From the NCBI GenBank assembly GCA_030602985.1, contig JAUVYR010000001.1, positions 1,078 to 65,077 of the forward strand: a stretch of 64,000 nt of DNA, written 5' to 3'. Shown here piece by piece: positions 47,770 to 57,859 of the stretch. The notes below the pieces were generated by a model that was given only the letters and a program-made list of their open reading frames with translations, was not told where the DNA came from and searched no databases. The stretch is from Burkholderiales bacterium. Lineage in GTDB: Bacteria; Pseudomonadota; Gammaproteobacteria; Burkholderiales; Burkholderiaceae_C. Position numbers and translations under genes: made by a program. The number at the start of each line of letters is the position of its first letter. Within the stretch, counting starts at the first letter, position 1.

Positions 47770-48678
47770 TCATTTATTGAGATTTTGCAAGAGAAAAGCG
47801 GGTGCTTTGCCTTGCTTGGGCTCACCGGCATAAACCGTCATATGCGGGAACGGAATCTCGATGCCTTCGGCATCGAATGCCTTTTTCAGGCGTTTGAGAT
47901 ATTCGCACCGCACCCCAAACTGCTCCTGGGCCTGACAACGCAGTCGGGCGCGGATCATGACCGCCGAGTTGGCCCATTCGGTGACACCAGCCATTTCGAG
48001 ATCCTGGATGATGCGAGGGCCAAATTCCGGGTCTTGGCGCAGGTCGGCAGCCACGCGATGCATCACTGCCATCACCTGGTCCACGTCTTCGCGATAAGCC
48101 ACGCCGATATTGACCACGGCATTGCCAAAACCGCGCGTCATGTTGGTGACCAGCGTGATCTGACCATTGGGGATGAAATAGACGTTGCCAGCGTAGTCGC
48201 GTAGCTGGATGTAGCGCAAGGTGATTTCTTCCACAGTGCCAGTCTGCCCCGCCAGCGTGACCACATCGCCCTGGCGGATCTGGTTTTCCAACAGCATGAA
48301 GAAGCCCGAGAAATAGTCACGCACCAGGCTCTGCGCACCGAAACCCACGGCCAGACCGACGACGCCAGCTGCCCCGAGGATGGGGGCCAGGGAAATACCG
48401 ATTTCCGACAGCACCAGCATCGTCCCCACCAGGGTAACCACCACGCTGATCAGGTAACGAATGACGCGGCCCAGGGTTTCCGCGCGCTTGACAGCTTCAG
48501 GGTCATCAAGGCCCTTCGTCAGGTGATTACGCAACCCACCCACGGCCTTGTGCAGCACCCGTTTGATGATCCAGGCTGCCGTGACGATGACGATGATGCG
48601 AAACAGGATGACGGTGAGTTCGCCGAGTTCAATGCTCCAATGACTCAAGAATTCGCGCGCCTGATTCATCCAATCCAT
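47770..48678 (-). CDS. Small-conductance mechanosensitive channel (MscS family)
   Basis: TM helices followed by GDVVTLAGQTGTVEEITLRYIQLRDYAGNVYFIPNG. Confidence 0.9.
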   Translation of the reverse strand: MDWMNQAREFLSHWSIELGELTVILFRIIVIVTAAWIIKRVLHKAVGGLRNHLTKGLDDPEAVKRAETLGRVIRYLISVVVTLVGTMLVLSEIGISLAPILGAAGVVGLAVGFGAQSLVRDYFSGFFMLLENQIRQGDVVTLAGQTGTVEEITLRYIQLRDYAGNVYFIPNGQITLVTNMTRGFGNAVVNIGVAYREDVDQVMAVMHRVAADLRQDPEFGPRIIQDLEMAGVTEWANSAVMIRARLRCQAQEQFGVRCEYLKRLKKAFDAEGIEIPFPHMTVYAGEPKQGKAPAFLLQNLNK

Positions 48679-48687
48679 GCAGTGTCC

Positions 48688-50676
48688 TTATGGGTGATGG
48701 AGGTCATTGCCCGGATCCACCATGTGATAGCGGTTCTTGCCTTGTTGCTTGGCCATGTACATGGCCTCGTCGGCCTGCTGCAGCAACAACTCGGGGGTAG
48801 TGACCTCGGTGTGAGGAGAAAATGCAATGCCAATGCTGGCAGAGACCCGAATCTCCGTATTGTCCACCAATACGGGCTCAGCGACGGTTCCAATCAGTCG
48901 CCGAACGATCGGTTCAACTTCGGATAGGCTGGACAGATCACTCAACAGAGCGACAAATTCGTCACCGCCTAGGCGAGCCAATGTATCTCCCTCGCGCAGG
49001 ACGTTCTCCATGCGTCGAGCGAGTTGTTCCAACAGTTGATCGCCAACCGCATGCCCATGGGTATCGTTGACTTGCTTGAATCCATCGATATCGATGTAAA
49101 GCACAGCCAGGCGCAAACGGCGTCGCTCTGACTGCATCGTGGCGTGTTGCAGGCGTTGATGCAGCATCAGTCGGTTGGGCAAGCCGGTGAGCATGTCGTA
49201 ATGGGCATGGTGTTGCAATACCGATTCGCGATTCTTGATGTCGGTGATGTCTGCGAACACCCCAATGTACCGGACCACCTGACCGTCCGGACGCCGTACG
49301 GCATTGATCGTGAGCCTTTCCGGGTAGATCTCACCGCTTTTTCGGCGATTCCATAGCTCGCCCGTCCATTCACCACAGGTGGTCAGGGTGTCCCAAAGTG
49401 ACTGGTAGAAGACCTTGTCGTGACGTCCTGAACTCAGAAAACGGGGATTCTGCCCAACGGACTCCTCACGGCTGTAACCCGTGATGCGAGTGAAAGCAGC
49501 GTTGACATCGACGATGACCCCTGCATGATCCGTGATCATGATGGCCTCGCTGACATGTTCAAAGACGCTCGCTGCCTCTTGCATCTGCAATCGGGACGCG
49601 CGTTTTTGCCGGTTCAAGGTGATCAGGTGTCGGCCCAACCCGAATCCTGTCGCTGTGACCAGAAACAGCACGGCCACCCAGAGGGCACGGTAGTCTTCCC
49701 AGATGATTTCAAGTGGCACCCGCTCATCGAAGGGAGGGGTTCGTAGACTGCGCATCACATGGGCGACCGTATGGTAGTCGCCAGGTATTGTGAAGCCGCT
49801 GATCCGTGCGGCCGTTGTCACCTCATGTCCGTGGGGAATAGACAGGATGGTGCCCGCCACCAACCGTGCTGTGGGTTCGTCGAGCCACGGCATCGCAGCC
49901 AGCGCCCACTGGGGATACAAACGGGTGGAAAGAGTGAGCGGAAAGGACGGGTCCACGTGGGTACTGCGTATGACACGCAAATCATCAAGATGGATCAGAC
50001 CCTCCCTGCTGAGTTGTTCCAACAGACCCGTTCGGACGAATCCTGCATCCACCCGACCCTGCAAGACGGCATCCACAATCAGCTGCTGATTGGACCCTTT
50101 GTTCACGATGAAATAGTCGTTGGGACGGATGCCGAGTTGAAGCAATTCATAGGCTTGCGATTGAAAGGAGCCGAGGGAATCGCGTACCGAAGTGGCCACC
50201 AGGCGGCGTTTCAGGTCTTGTAACCGATGGATATCGGGATGATCGGACCGGGTGATCACCACGCCCCCGAAATGCGCCATCGGTTGTCCCTGTTCGACTT
50301 CGACCAAGGTGGCCAATGGGGAGTAGAGATTTTTCTGGATCGAGAGGGCTGCGTAATGGGCCGGTTGCGTGAGCACCAGGTCGACTTCACGCCGACCGAC
50401 CGCTTCCTGCAGCTCCGGGTAGGTGAAGGCCAGCAGCGTGACAGGCCGGCCGTTGAGCTGTGTCTGCAGGTAATCGGCCAATGGTGCCCAGCGGGCTTCG
50501 GTTTCTGGCTTGGGTCGGAAACTCAGGACACCAAATCGAACCGGTTCACTGGCATGGCTCTGGGTAGAAGCACTGACCACAGAGAGGAAACAAACCAGCG
50601 GCGCACACATCCATGCCGTGCACAAGACGGCACGGATACGCAGCGCCAAACCAGCAATCGTTGAACGGATGACCAC
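48688..50676 (-). CDS. Periplasmic binding domain (PhnD-like) - TM - PAS - GGDEF diguanylate cyclase
   Basis: Signal/TM, then an SBP-like domain (VRFGVLSFRPKPE), PAS (ITDHAGVIVDVNAAFTRITGYS), and RLGGDEFVALL. Confidence 0.88.
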   Translation of the reverse strand: MVIRSTIAGLALRIRAVLCTAWMCAPLVCFLSVVSASTQSHASEPVRFGVLSFRPKPETEARWAPLADYLQTQLNGRPVTLLAFTYPELQEAVGRREVDLVLTQPAHYAALSIQKNLYSPLATLVEVEQGQPMAHFGGVVITRSDHPDIHRLQDLKRRLVATSVRDSLGSFQSQAYELLQLGIRPNDYFIVNKGSNQQLIVDAVLQGRVDAGFVRTGLLEQLSREGLIHLDDLRVIRSTHVDPSFPLTLSTRLYPQWALAAMPWLDEPTARLVAGTILSIPHGHEVTTAARISGFTIPGDYHTVAHVMRSLRTPPFDERVPLEIIWEDYRALWVAVLFLVTATGFGLGRHLITLNRQKRASRLQMQEAASVFEHVSEAIMITDHAGVIVDVNAAFTRITGYSREESVGQNPRFLSSGRHDKVFYQSLWDTLTTCGEWTGELWNRRKSGEIYPERLTINAVRRPDGQVVRYIGVFADITDIKNRESVLQHHAHYDMLTGLPNRLMLHQRLQHATMQSERRRLRLAVLYIDIDGFKQVNDTHGHAVGDQLLEQLARRMENVLREGDTLARLGGDEFVALLSDLSSLSEVEPIVRRLIGTVAEPVLVDNTEIRVSASIGIAFSPHTEVTTPELLLQQADEAMYMAKQQGKNRYHMVDPGNDLHHP

Positions 50677-50706
50677 AAACCCATCATAGTCATTTGGTGT
50701 GAAAGC

Positions 50707-51705
50707 TCAAGCAGCAGCGCGCTGTAGACGGTCACGAACGCCATCCCAGGCGGGGTCATCGGGCGGGGTTTCGACCCAGATGAGTCGGGTTTCTGGCTGG
50801 TCGAGAGCACGAAGGACGGCAAACAGCTGCTGGGCACACGCGCTGGCGCTGCTGGGCATGCGCTCCATACGCACGTGGGCACTGGCACTGCTGACCGGCT
50901 GGCGGCTGTAGACCGCGATGTGGCGCGCGTCCGGTCCCAGCACGTCCAGGGCTTGCTGGATGTCCCGCCCGCTCATGAGCCGCACCCGGGCCTTGGGGGC
51001 GTAGTGCGATTCGAGTGTGCCCGAGGCGCGTGGGGCATCGCCATCGCGGGCAGCCAGCGCCATGCCGGCCGCCGCTTCCAGGGCCGATACCGTCAGCACC
51101 CCGGGGCGCAGCAGCACCGGGTGGCCACGCGTACAGTCGATGATGGTGGACTCGATGCCCACCTGGCAAGGGCCGCCATCCAGCACCATCAACTCGCTGG
51201 GTTCCAGCAGACCCTGGAATTCATCCAGCACATGCGCCGCTGTGGTGGGGCTCACGCGGCCGAAGCGGTTGGCACTCGGGGCGGCCAGGCCATGGATACC
51301 CGCCTGTTGGCACGCCATCAGCAGGGCCTGAGCCACCGGGTGCGAAGGGCAGCGCAGACCGATGGACGCCTGCCCGCCTGCCACATCGGCTGCCACGCCG
51401 GGCCGTCTAGGCAGGATCAGCGTCAGCGGCCCTGGCCAGAACGCCTGCATCAAGGCTTGCGCAAAGGCGGGCACGTCGCTGGCGTAGTGCGCCACACCGG
51501 CCGGATCGGCCACATGCACGATCAGGGGGTGGTTGCTGGGGCGCCCCTTGGCTGCGAAGATCCGAGCAACGGCGGCTGGCTGGTCGGCATCGGCGGCCAG
51601 GCCGTACACCGTTTCGGTGGGCAAGGCCACCAGCCCCCCTTGCTGCAGCAGGGCCACGGCCTCGGCAATGACCGGGCCATCGGCCGGACGCGCGGTCAGT
51701 GTCAT
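50707..51705 (-). CDS. tsaC: L-threonylcarbamoyladenylate synthase (Sua5/YwlC type, YrdC + Sua5 domains)
   Basis: GGLVALPTETVYGLAADA and GRPSNHPLIVHV. ATGA overlap with the purK stop. Confidence 0.88.
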   Translation of the reverse strand: MTLTARPADGPVIAEAVALLQQGGLVALPTETVYGLAADADQPAAVARIFAAKGRPSNHPLIVHVADPAGVAHYASDVPAFAQALMQAFWPGPLTLILPRRPGVAADVAGGQASIGLRCPSHPVAQALLMACQQAGIHGLAAPSANRFGRVSPTTAAHVLDEFQGLLEPSELMVLDGGPCQVGIESTIIDCTRGHPVLLRPGVLTVSALEAAAGMALAARDGDAPRASGTLESHYAPKARVRLMSGRDIQQALDVLGPDARHIAVYSRQPVSSASAHVRMERMPSSASACAQQLFAVLRALDQPETRLIWVETPPDDPAWDGVRDRLQRAAA

Positions 51706-52916
51706 GCCCAGGGCTCGATGCCCAACAGGGCGGCCGCCTGCAGGGCGGTTTGCCGAACCTGTTCGATGGATGCGCCGGTCACGGTCAGATGGCCCATCTT
51801 GCGACCGGGGCGCGCACTGAGCTTGCCGTACAGGTGCAGGTGGGTGCCCGGCAGGGCCAGGATGCCGGCCCAGTCGGGGGTTTGGGGTTGACCATTGGCA
51901 CCCACCCACAAATCGCCCAGCAGGTTGAGCATGATGGCCGGGCTGTGCTGGCGGGGGGGTACCAGCGGCAGGCCCGCCATGGTCCGTACCTGCAAGTCGA
52001 ACTGGGACACGTCGCAGGCGTTCAGGGTGTAGTGGCCGCTGTGGTGGGGCCGAGGGGCCATTTCATTGACGACCAGCGTTCCCGTGTTGCTGCCGTCGTC
52101 CACCACAAAATACTCCACACACAGCACGCCCACGTACTGGAGCTGGTGCGCAATCGCTTCGGTGGTCGCGATGGCCTGTTCACACAGCGCATTCGGGAGG
52201 TTGCCCTCAAACACCTCGGTCACGGCCAAGATGCCCGCTCGGTGCAGGTTGCGCTGCGGCGGAAAATGCACCACCTGCCCATCGGCCCCACGCGCCACGA
52301 TGACCGACAGCTCGGTTTTGAGCGGTAGCAACTTTTCCAGCACGCAAGGCACACGGCCCATCTGCGCCCAGGCGGCGGCGAGTTCGGCCCGGTCCTGCAC
52401 GCGAATCTGGCCTTTGCCGTCGTAGCCCAGCCGGGCGGTTTTCAGGATGCCGGGCAACAGATCACCGGGCACGGCCTGCAGCAAGGCCTCCGTTTCGATG
52501 GCGGCATAAGGCGCAGGGCCCACCCCACCGGCCTGGGCGCAGGCCACGAAATGCGCTTTCTCGGCGATGCGGTCCTGCGCCACGGCGACGGCCTGGGCAC
52601 TGGGGGCCACCGGGCGGTGCGCTCCGAGCGTGACCAGTGCCGGTGCCGGCACGTTCTCGAATTCGGTGGTGATGGCTTCGGCCCGCTGCATCAGCTGGGC
52701 CAGCCCCTGCTCGTCTTCGTAGGATGTTTGAATGTGGTAATGGCTCACCAGACCGGCCGGGCTGGCCGGGTCGGCATCCAGCACCGCGGTGAAGTAGCCC
52801 ATTTCCTGCGCGGCCTGCACGAACATGCGCCCGAGTTGCCCCCCGCCCATCACCCCCAGTGTGGCCAGATGGCCGCTGGGGGTCACTTGTCCCGGTAATA
52901 CGGTCTTGCGGCTCAT
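51702..52916 (-). CDS. purK: N5-carboxyaminoimidazole ribonucleotide synthase
   Basis: [15 protein letters not shown]-grasp, [12 protein letters not shown], and ending [12 protein letters not shown]. Confidence 0.93.
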   Translation of the reverse strand: MSRKTVLPGQVTPSGHLATLGVMGGGQLGRMFVQAAQEMGYFTAVLDADPASPAGLVSHYHIQTSYEDEQGLAQLMQRAEAITTEFENVPAPALVTLGAHRPVAPSAQAVAVAQDRIAEKAHFVACAQAGGVGPAPYAAIETEALLQAVPGDLLPGILKTARLGYDGKGQIRVQDRAELAAAWAQMGRVPCVLEKLLPLKTELSVIVARGADGQVVHFPPQRNLHRAGILAVTEVFEGNLPNALCEQAIATTEAIAHQLQYVGVLCVEYFVVDDGSNTGTLVVNEMAPRPHHSGHYTLNACDVSQFDLQVRTMAGLPLVPPRQHSPAIMLNLLGDLWVGANGQPQTPDWAGILALPGTHLHLYGKLSARPGRKMGHLTVTGASIEQVRQTALQAAALLGIEPWA

Positions 52917-53416
52917 GGAGCCTCCGGTGGCGGCACCACCATGGCGCGGGCGGCTTCGGTCTGGGCGGCGCGGAAGGCGTCCAGTTGTGCCTGCAGGGTT
53001 GTGTTTTCGTTGGCCAGCATGGCGATCGCAAACAGCGCGGCATTGGCGGCGCCCGCCGGGCCGATGGCAAACGTGGCCACCGGGATGCCCTTGGGCATCT
53101 GTACGATGCTGTGCAGCGAATCCACCCCGGAGAGGGCTTTGGTCATCACCGGCACACCGAGCACCGGCACCGGCGTCTTGCTGGCCAGCATGCCCGGCAG
53201 ATGGGCCGCCCCACCCGCGCCGGCCACAATGGCCTTGAGTCCGCGCGATCGCGCCGATTCGGCGTAGGCAAACAGGTCGTCCGGCATGCGGTGCGCCGAC
53301 ACCACGCGGGCCTCGTGGCTCACGCCGAACTGTTTGAGGATTTCCACGGCATGCTGCATGGTGTCCCAGTCGCTGCTGGACCCCATCACCACACCCACTT
53401 GCACCGTTGCGCTCAT
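52913..53416 (-). CDS. purE: N5-carboxyaminoimidazole ribonucleotide mutase
   Basis: [33 protein letters not shown]. Start at ATG 53416. Confidence 0.93.
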   Translation of the reverse strand: MSATVQVGVVMGSSSDWDTMQHAVEILKQFGVSHEARVVSAHRMPDDLFAYAESARSRGLKAIVAGAGGAAHLPGMLASKTPVPVLGVPVMTKALSGVDSLHSIVQMPKGIPVATFAIGPAGAANAALFAIAMLANENTTLQAQLDAFRAAQTEAARAMVVPPPEAP

Positions 53417-53462
53417 GGCCGCTCCAAAAGCCGCCATTTTAGAGCGCCGGCCCACGCCGTGA

Positions 53463-54263
53463 TCAGAAGCGGTAACTGGTGGACACCACCCCCGAGATCG
53501 ACGAGCGGTCCCTGACGATGGGGCTGTCCTTGGCATCACCCAGCAAGCGATTCAGAGACAACCCCCCTGTGAGTGACCAGTTGGGGGCGATCGTGTAGTT
53601 CAGGGCCACGCCGACGCGCACATCGCGCAAGCCCGCTGAGGGGCTGAACACAGCGTAACCACTGTTTGCGGCTTGCTGGGTGTTGACACCGAAATAGGAT
53701 TGCGTCAGCGCCCGGTTGGCCCATGCGGTGGCCACACCCGCATTGAGGCGCAAAGATGGCGACAGGGCGTGACTCATGTTCAGGCCCAGATCCACCACCA
53801 GACCTTTGCGGTCGTTGCCAGCGCCGTAGCGGATGGACGAGGCCACCTCCCAGCCATCGGCCACTCGAAAGTTGGCAAATCCGCCGATCTCGGGCCGTGT
53901 CCTTATATCGCCCATCCCCGCCAGCGCAGCAGAGCGCTTGTCGTCTCGGCCGAAATCCGCTGTCAATCGAAGGCCATAGCTGCGCTCAGGGCTTCGTGAC
54001 CAATTGATTCCCAGCCCGTTACCCACCCCCACAAACACCCCGTTGGCCCACTGGTAGTCAAACGTGGGCACGAGCAGGGTCCGCGATTCGTCGGACCCCT
54101 GGTATTGACGGCTGGCCAGCACGGCCAAACCGGCCGATCCCCCCTGTGTCATGCCAGGCAGGACCGGCGATCGGTAGAAACCAAAGGCCTGGGCGTGGGC
54201 TTGTGAAGCGAATAGCGCTGCAACGGTCGCTGCAGCGATCAGAGAGCGTGTTGGAGCAGTCAT
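53463..54263 (-). CDS. MipA/OmpV family outer-membrane protein
   Basis: Signal peptide ...ASQAHA, beta-barrel-like alternating pattern, and C-terminal ...STSYRF. Confidence 0.8.
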   Translation of the reverse strand: MTAPTRSLIAAATVAALFASQAHAQAFGFYRSPVLPGMTQGGSAGLAVLASRQYQGSDESRTLLVPTFDYQWANGVFVGVGNGLGINWSRSPERSYGLRLTADFGRDDKRSAALAGMGDIRTRPEIGGFANFRVADGWEVASSIRYGAGNDRKGLVVDLGLNMSHALSPSLRLNAGVATAWANRALTQSYFGVNTQQAANSGYAVFSPSAGLRDVRVGVALNYTIAPNWSLTGGLSLNRLLGDAKDSPIVRDRSSISGVVSTSYRF

Positions 54264-54330
54264 GTAGACCTCTCGGACGATTGGATTGTCATGTGTGACT
54301 GTGAATGAAGGGCGTCGGTTCCGTGATTTG

Positions 54331-54954
54331 TCAATTGAAAAATGTACGGGTCCAGTTCCATGCTTGCATCATCAGCGTTGCAGCCAAATGACCAAAAGCC
54401 GCTGCGAAAGCCATGGCACACAAACCCACCATTTGCGAAAGCGCCAGAACCACTCCATCGCGATAAGCCCAGCCCAAACTGAACAGCATCAGGCTCAAGC
54501 CCGGCAAGACGTTCCCAAAGGGAATCGGTAAAAAGATCAGAAAAGCCATGGAGGCGATCCAGAGCGCCCACCAAATACGTATGCCAGGACGGGTCAATCC
54601 AGACCAGCGCGGTTTGAGCCAGCGCGCAGTCATCATGTACGTCAGAGCCAAACCTTTCAAAATGCGCTGCGCCCACGTACGTTGGATTTCTAAACGAGCA
54701 ATGCGTTCAGGCAGGACGGTGGTTTCCTGTTGACGGTACCAACGCCATGCCATGAGCACCATGGCAAAACTCAGCACTGTTCCAATACCACCGACTGGCA
54801 TGAGGCAGCAGGTGGCCATGATCAACAAGATCACGGGCGTGGATGCCTCACCGTGCAAGCGCAAAACGTCTCGCACGTTCAACACCGTTTCAGAACGTTG
54901 ATACTGAAGAGAGGCCCGATGGAATCGTCTTGCCAAAAGCAGGGACATGATCAA
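54331..54954 (-). CDS. ExoD-family exopolysaccharide synthesis membrane protein
   Basis: VRDVLRLHGEASTPVILLIMATCCLMPVGGIGTVLSFAMVLMAWRW is typical of ExoD. Confidence 0.75.
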   Translation of the reverse strand: MIMSLLLARRFHRASLQYQRSETVLNVRDVLRLHGEASTPVILLIMATCCLMPVGGIGTVLSFAMVLMAWRWYRQQETTVLPERIARLEIQRTWAQRILKGLALTYMMTARWLKPRWSGLTRPGIRIWWALWIASMAFLIFLPIPFGNVLPGLSLMLFSLGWAYRDGVVLALSQMVGLCAMAFAAAFGHLAATLMMQAWNWTRTFFN

Positions 54955-55298
54955 TACCGTTTTTGAAGAAAACTGACTCTGCCGTCAGCGTGAATGATCT
55001 CACGTGCGTAAATTTCTTTAAAGAGGTCGCGGTCCACGAACCCGACCACGCGCACGGTTTCGCCCACGGCAACTGGAACGAAGTTCGGATATCCGACATC
55101 AACGCGGATTCGTCCCGTTGCATCTCTTAGGCGAAACTCGTCAGTGTCCAGAATGCGCTCCACGGTTCCTTCGATTGTGACCATGGAGCCGCGCTGAACA
55201 TCGTTGATGGGGGTGACTGGCTGAGGCACCGCTTCGGCCCAGGCGGCTGATACGGCCAAAGACAATGAGACGGCGGCGATACGGATGGAAAGAATCAT
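54951..55298 (-). CDS. Periplasmic OB-fold (BOF / YgiW-like) stress protein
   Basis: Signal peptide followed by MVTIEGTVERILDTDEFRLRDATGRIRVDV. Divergent from a two-component operon, as ygiW is from qseBC in E. coli. Confidence 0.72.
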   Translation of the reverse strand: MILSIRIAAVSLSLAVSAAWAEAVPQPVTPINDVQRGSMVTIEGTVERILDTDEFRLRDATGRIRVDVGYPNFVPVAVGETVRVVGFVDRDLFKEIYAREIIHADGRVSFLQKRY

Positions 55299-55367
55299 GA
55301 GAAGCTCCAAGATAAGGGTTGAAACCAATCCCGTGCAACGGGATGACGTGATTGGAGCGCCTGAGGA

Positions 55368-55395
55368 GTGAACGCACCGTGAACGGTTCGTTCAT
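55368..55395. promoter_or_regulatory. GTGAACG direct repeat (11-bp phasing) plus inverted copy; candidate OmpR-family response-regulator box
   Basis: GTGAACG at 55368-55374 and 55379-55385, with CGTTCAT at 55389-55395 forming TGAACG-gtt-CGTTCA. Confidence 0.3.
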
Positions 55396-55437
55396 CTTCA
55401 GGCTCAAGAATGAGGCCTTGTTCATTGCCTTGAAGTC

Positions 55438-55839
55438 ATGACTGACCTGGTTCGCTGCTACCCCATCCTGCTGACTTTGATCGCCAGCCCACTGCTGATC
55501 GCTGACGGTCGAGAGGCGCACGCGTCTTCTTACGCCAATGCTGAAATGACCACGCCAGCCGATCAAGACTGGGCCCGTGATGCGGTTCGTTCAGGCAATC
55601 TCAAACCGTTGGCGGAGATCCTTCTTCGTCTGGAAGCGGAGTTTCTGGGACAAGTCATCGAAATCGAACTGGAGCGGCACCGTGGCAGACCCGTCTACGA
55701 AATTGAACTGCTCTCGCCTCGAGGTCACATGATTGAGCTGGTTTACGATGCGGTCACAGGTCATCTGCTGCAAGCGCAGGGCCCTGGTCTGGACGCCGCA
55801 CGACGACAGGCATCTCCATTAACTCGATTGATCCCATGA
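55438..55839 (+). CDS. PepSY domain-containing periplasmic protein
   Basis: Signal peptide. Contains LKPLAEILLRLEAEFLGQVIEIELERHRGRPVYEIELLSPRGHMIELVYDAVTG. Confidence 0.8.
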   Translation: MTDLVRCYPILLTLIASPLLIADGREAHASSYANAEMTTPADQDWARDAVRSGNLKPLAEILLRLEAEFLGQVIEIELERHRGRPVYEIELLSPRGHMIELVYDAVTGHLLQAQGPGLDAARRQASPLTRLIP

Positions 55840-56504
55840 AAATTCTGCTTGTCGAGGACGATCCTGAGTTGGCAGACCGGCTGACCAAAGTGCTGACCGA
55901 GTCGGGCTTCGCTGTCCAGCACGTTTCTGACGGCAACGAAGCAGTATTTGTCGGGCAAAACTATCCCGTCGATGCCATGGTGCTGGATTTGGGTTTGCCT
56001 TTACTTGACGGCATGTCGGTCCTGGATCGGTTGCGCAGCGAAGGCGCCCGTTTCCCTGTGCTGGTGCTGACGGCGCGTTCTCGCTGGTCCGACAAGCTGT
56101 CAGCCTTTCAGGCTGGCGCCGACGATTACGTCACCAAACCCTTCCAGATGGATGAGGTGGTGGTGCGTTTACGAGCGCTGATACGACGCAGCACAGGTCA
56201 TGTGAGTTCGACCTTGTCTTGCGGGCCATTGTGCATGGACACCCATGATCAACGCATCACCCTTCGCGGTGAAACCGTCTCCCTGACACCGCACGAAACC
56301 CGCATGTTGGCGTATCTGCTGCATCATCAGGACCGCGTCGTCAGCCGAACCGAGATTTTTGATCACGTTTACGACACCGATGCCGACCGGGACAGCAATG
56401 TCATTGATGTGTTGATGGCACGGATTCGCAAAAAGCTCGGGGTCCCACTGATTCAGACTGTTCGCGGCGCGGGTTACCGGCTGTCTAGCACCGAACCTCT
56501 GTGA
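55836..56504 (+). CDS. OmpR/PhoB-family response regulator (QseB/BasR-like)
   Basis: MKILLVEDD, receiver Asp (VLDLGLP), and winged helix ...VRGAGYRL. ATGA overlap with the PepSY gene. Confidence 0.92.
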   Translation: MKILLVEDDPELADRLTKVLTESGFAVQHVSDGNEAVFVGQNYPVDAMVLDLGLPLLDGMSVLDRLRSEGARFPVLVLTARSRWSDKLSAFQAGADDYVTKPFQMDEVVVRLRALIRRSTGHVSSTLSCGPLCMDTHDQRITLRGETVSLTPHETRMLAYLLHHQDRVVSRTEIFDHVYDTDADRDSNVIDVLMARIRKKLGVPLIQTVRGAGYRLSSTEPL

Positions 56505-57853
56505 AATCCCTGCGTCAACCCAGTCTGCACCGGCGCCTGACCCTGACCGCCCTGGTCGGTCTCCTGTTCGCAATGAGCCTGGGTGCCTGGGGCCTGACGC
56601 GCGCATTTGATGTAGCGGTTCAACGAGGTTTTGATGAGCGGCTGAAAACGGTTTTGCACACGCTGGTCGCCGAAGCAGAAAACCAGGCGGATGGGTCGCT
56701 CGTATTGGGTCGACCGATGGGAGACCCGCGTTTTGATCTCATTTACTCGGGCGCTTACTGGCAGATTTCCAACGCCAATGGCGTACTCTTGCGCTCGCGG
56801 TCGCTTTGGGACCAGGAAATCCCGTTCAGTGTCGGGGTTCCTGACGGTTCCACCGTTTTTAGGACCTGGACCAATCCGTTCGGGCAGACCGTTCGGTTGG
56901 CCGAGCGTGATCTGACGTTACCGGGTCGTCAGGATGTGTTGCATTTCATCGTTGCCGGTCGCACCGATGACCTGGAAGAAGAGGTCCGCCAGTTTGACCA
57001 GCTGATGAGCCTGGGCGTCGTCGGGTTGATGCTGGTCATGGGTTTATCAATTGCGGTGCAGATGCGTATTGGATTACAGCCTCTGCGTGGATTACTGCGG
57101 GATCTGAATGCGGTCTGGGTCGGCCGTGCCGAACAAGTCAATGAGCAACTGCCTCGTGAACTCAAGCCCTTGGCCGTCACGATCAACCAGCTGCTGCGCC
57201 ACGACCGTCGTCAAACCACCAGAGCACGTGATCAGGCGGCCGACCTGGCCCATGCCATCAAAACCCCACTGGCCGTGCTTCGCGCCGACATCGACCAGAT
57301 CGACAGCTCGCTGGCGGCATCGATGCGGCAACGCCTTGATTTGATCGATGGCCTGGTGCGTCGCAACCTGGCCCGCGCTTCGGCCGGTCGGCACCTGACT
57401 TTGTCGTCGCTTGTGACCCCTCTATATCCTGTAGCCGAACAGATCACGAGGCTGATGGCCCGTGTGTATCCAGAAAAAAACGTGAACGTTCATATGGATA
57501 TCGACCCAACGATCAGTCTGCGCATGGAGCGCGAGGATCTTGAAGAGGTGTTGGGTAATTTGCTGGATAACGCATGGAAGTGGTCTGCAGACCAGATTTA
57601 TGTGTCAGCCCAAACGGATGCATGGGGATGCGAGATCAGTATTCATGATGATGGCCCAGGTTTGAACGAGCAGGAGGCTCAACAGGTCATGGAGCGCCAT
57701 GTGAAGCTTGACGAGCGCATGGCGGGACAAGGGTTGGGTTTGCCCATCGCTCGAGATATCGTAGAGGCTGTCAATGGACAGCTTGATCTGAGTCGGTCCC
57801 CGATAGGAGGGCTGCGAGTCAGGATCAGGTTACCCACAGGGCACATGCCATAA
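56501..57853 (+). CDS. Sensor histidine kinase (two TM segments, HAMP, HisKA, HATPase_c)
   Basis: H-box DLAHAIKTPLAVL, N-box LGNLLDNAWKW, G-boxes DDGPGL and GQGLGLPIA. Confidence 0.9.
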   Translation: MKSLRQPSLHRRLTLTALVGLLFAMSLGAWGLTRAFDVAVQRGFDERLKTVLHTLVAEAENQADGSLVLGRPMGDPRFDLIYSGAYWQISNANGVLLRSRSLWDQEIPFSVGVPDGSTVFRTWTNPFGQTVRLAERDLTLPGRQDVLHFIVAGRTDDLEEEVRQFDQLMSLGVVGLMLVMGLSIAVQMRIGLQPLRGLLRDLNAVWVGRAEQVNEQLPRELKPLAVTINQLLRHDRRQTTRARDQAADLAHAIKTPLAVLRADIDQIDSSLAASMRQRLDLIDGLVRRNLARASAGRHLTLSSLVTPLYPVAEQITRLMARVYPEKNVNVHMDIDPTISLRMEREDLEEVLGNLLDNAWKWSADQIYVSAQTDAWGCEISIHDDGPGLNEQEAQQVMERHVKLDERMAGQGLGLPIARDIVEAVNGQLDLSRSPIGGLRVRIRLPTGHMP

Positions 57854-57859
57854 GACAGC

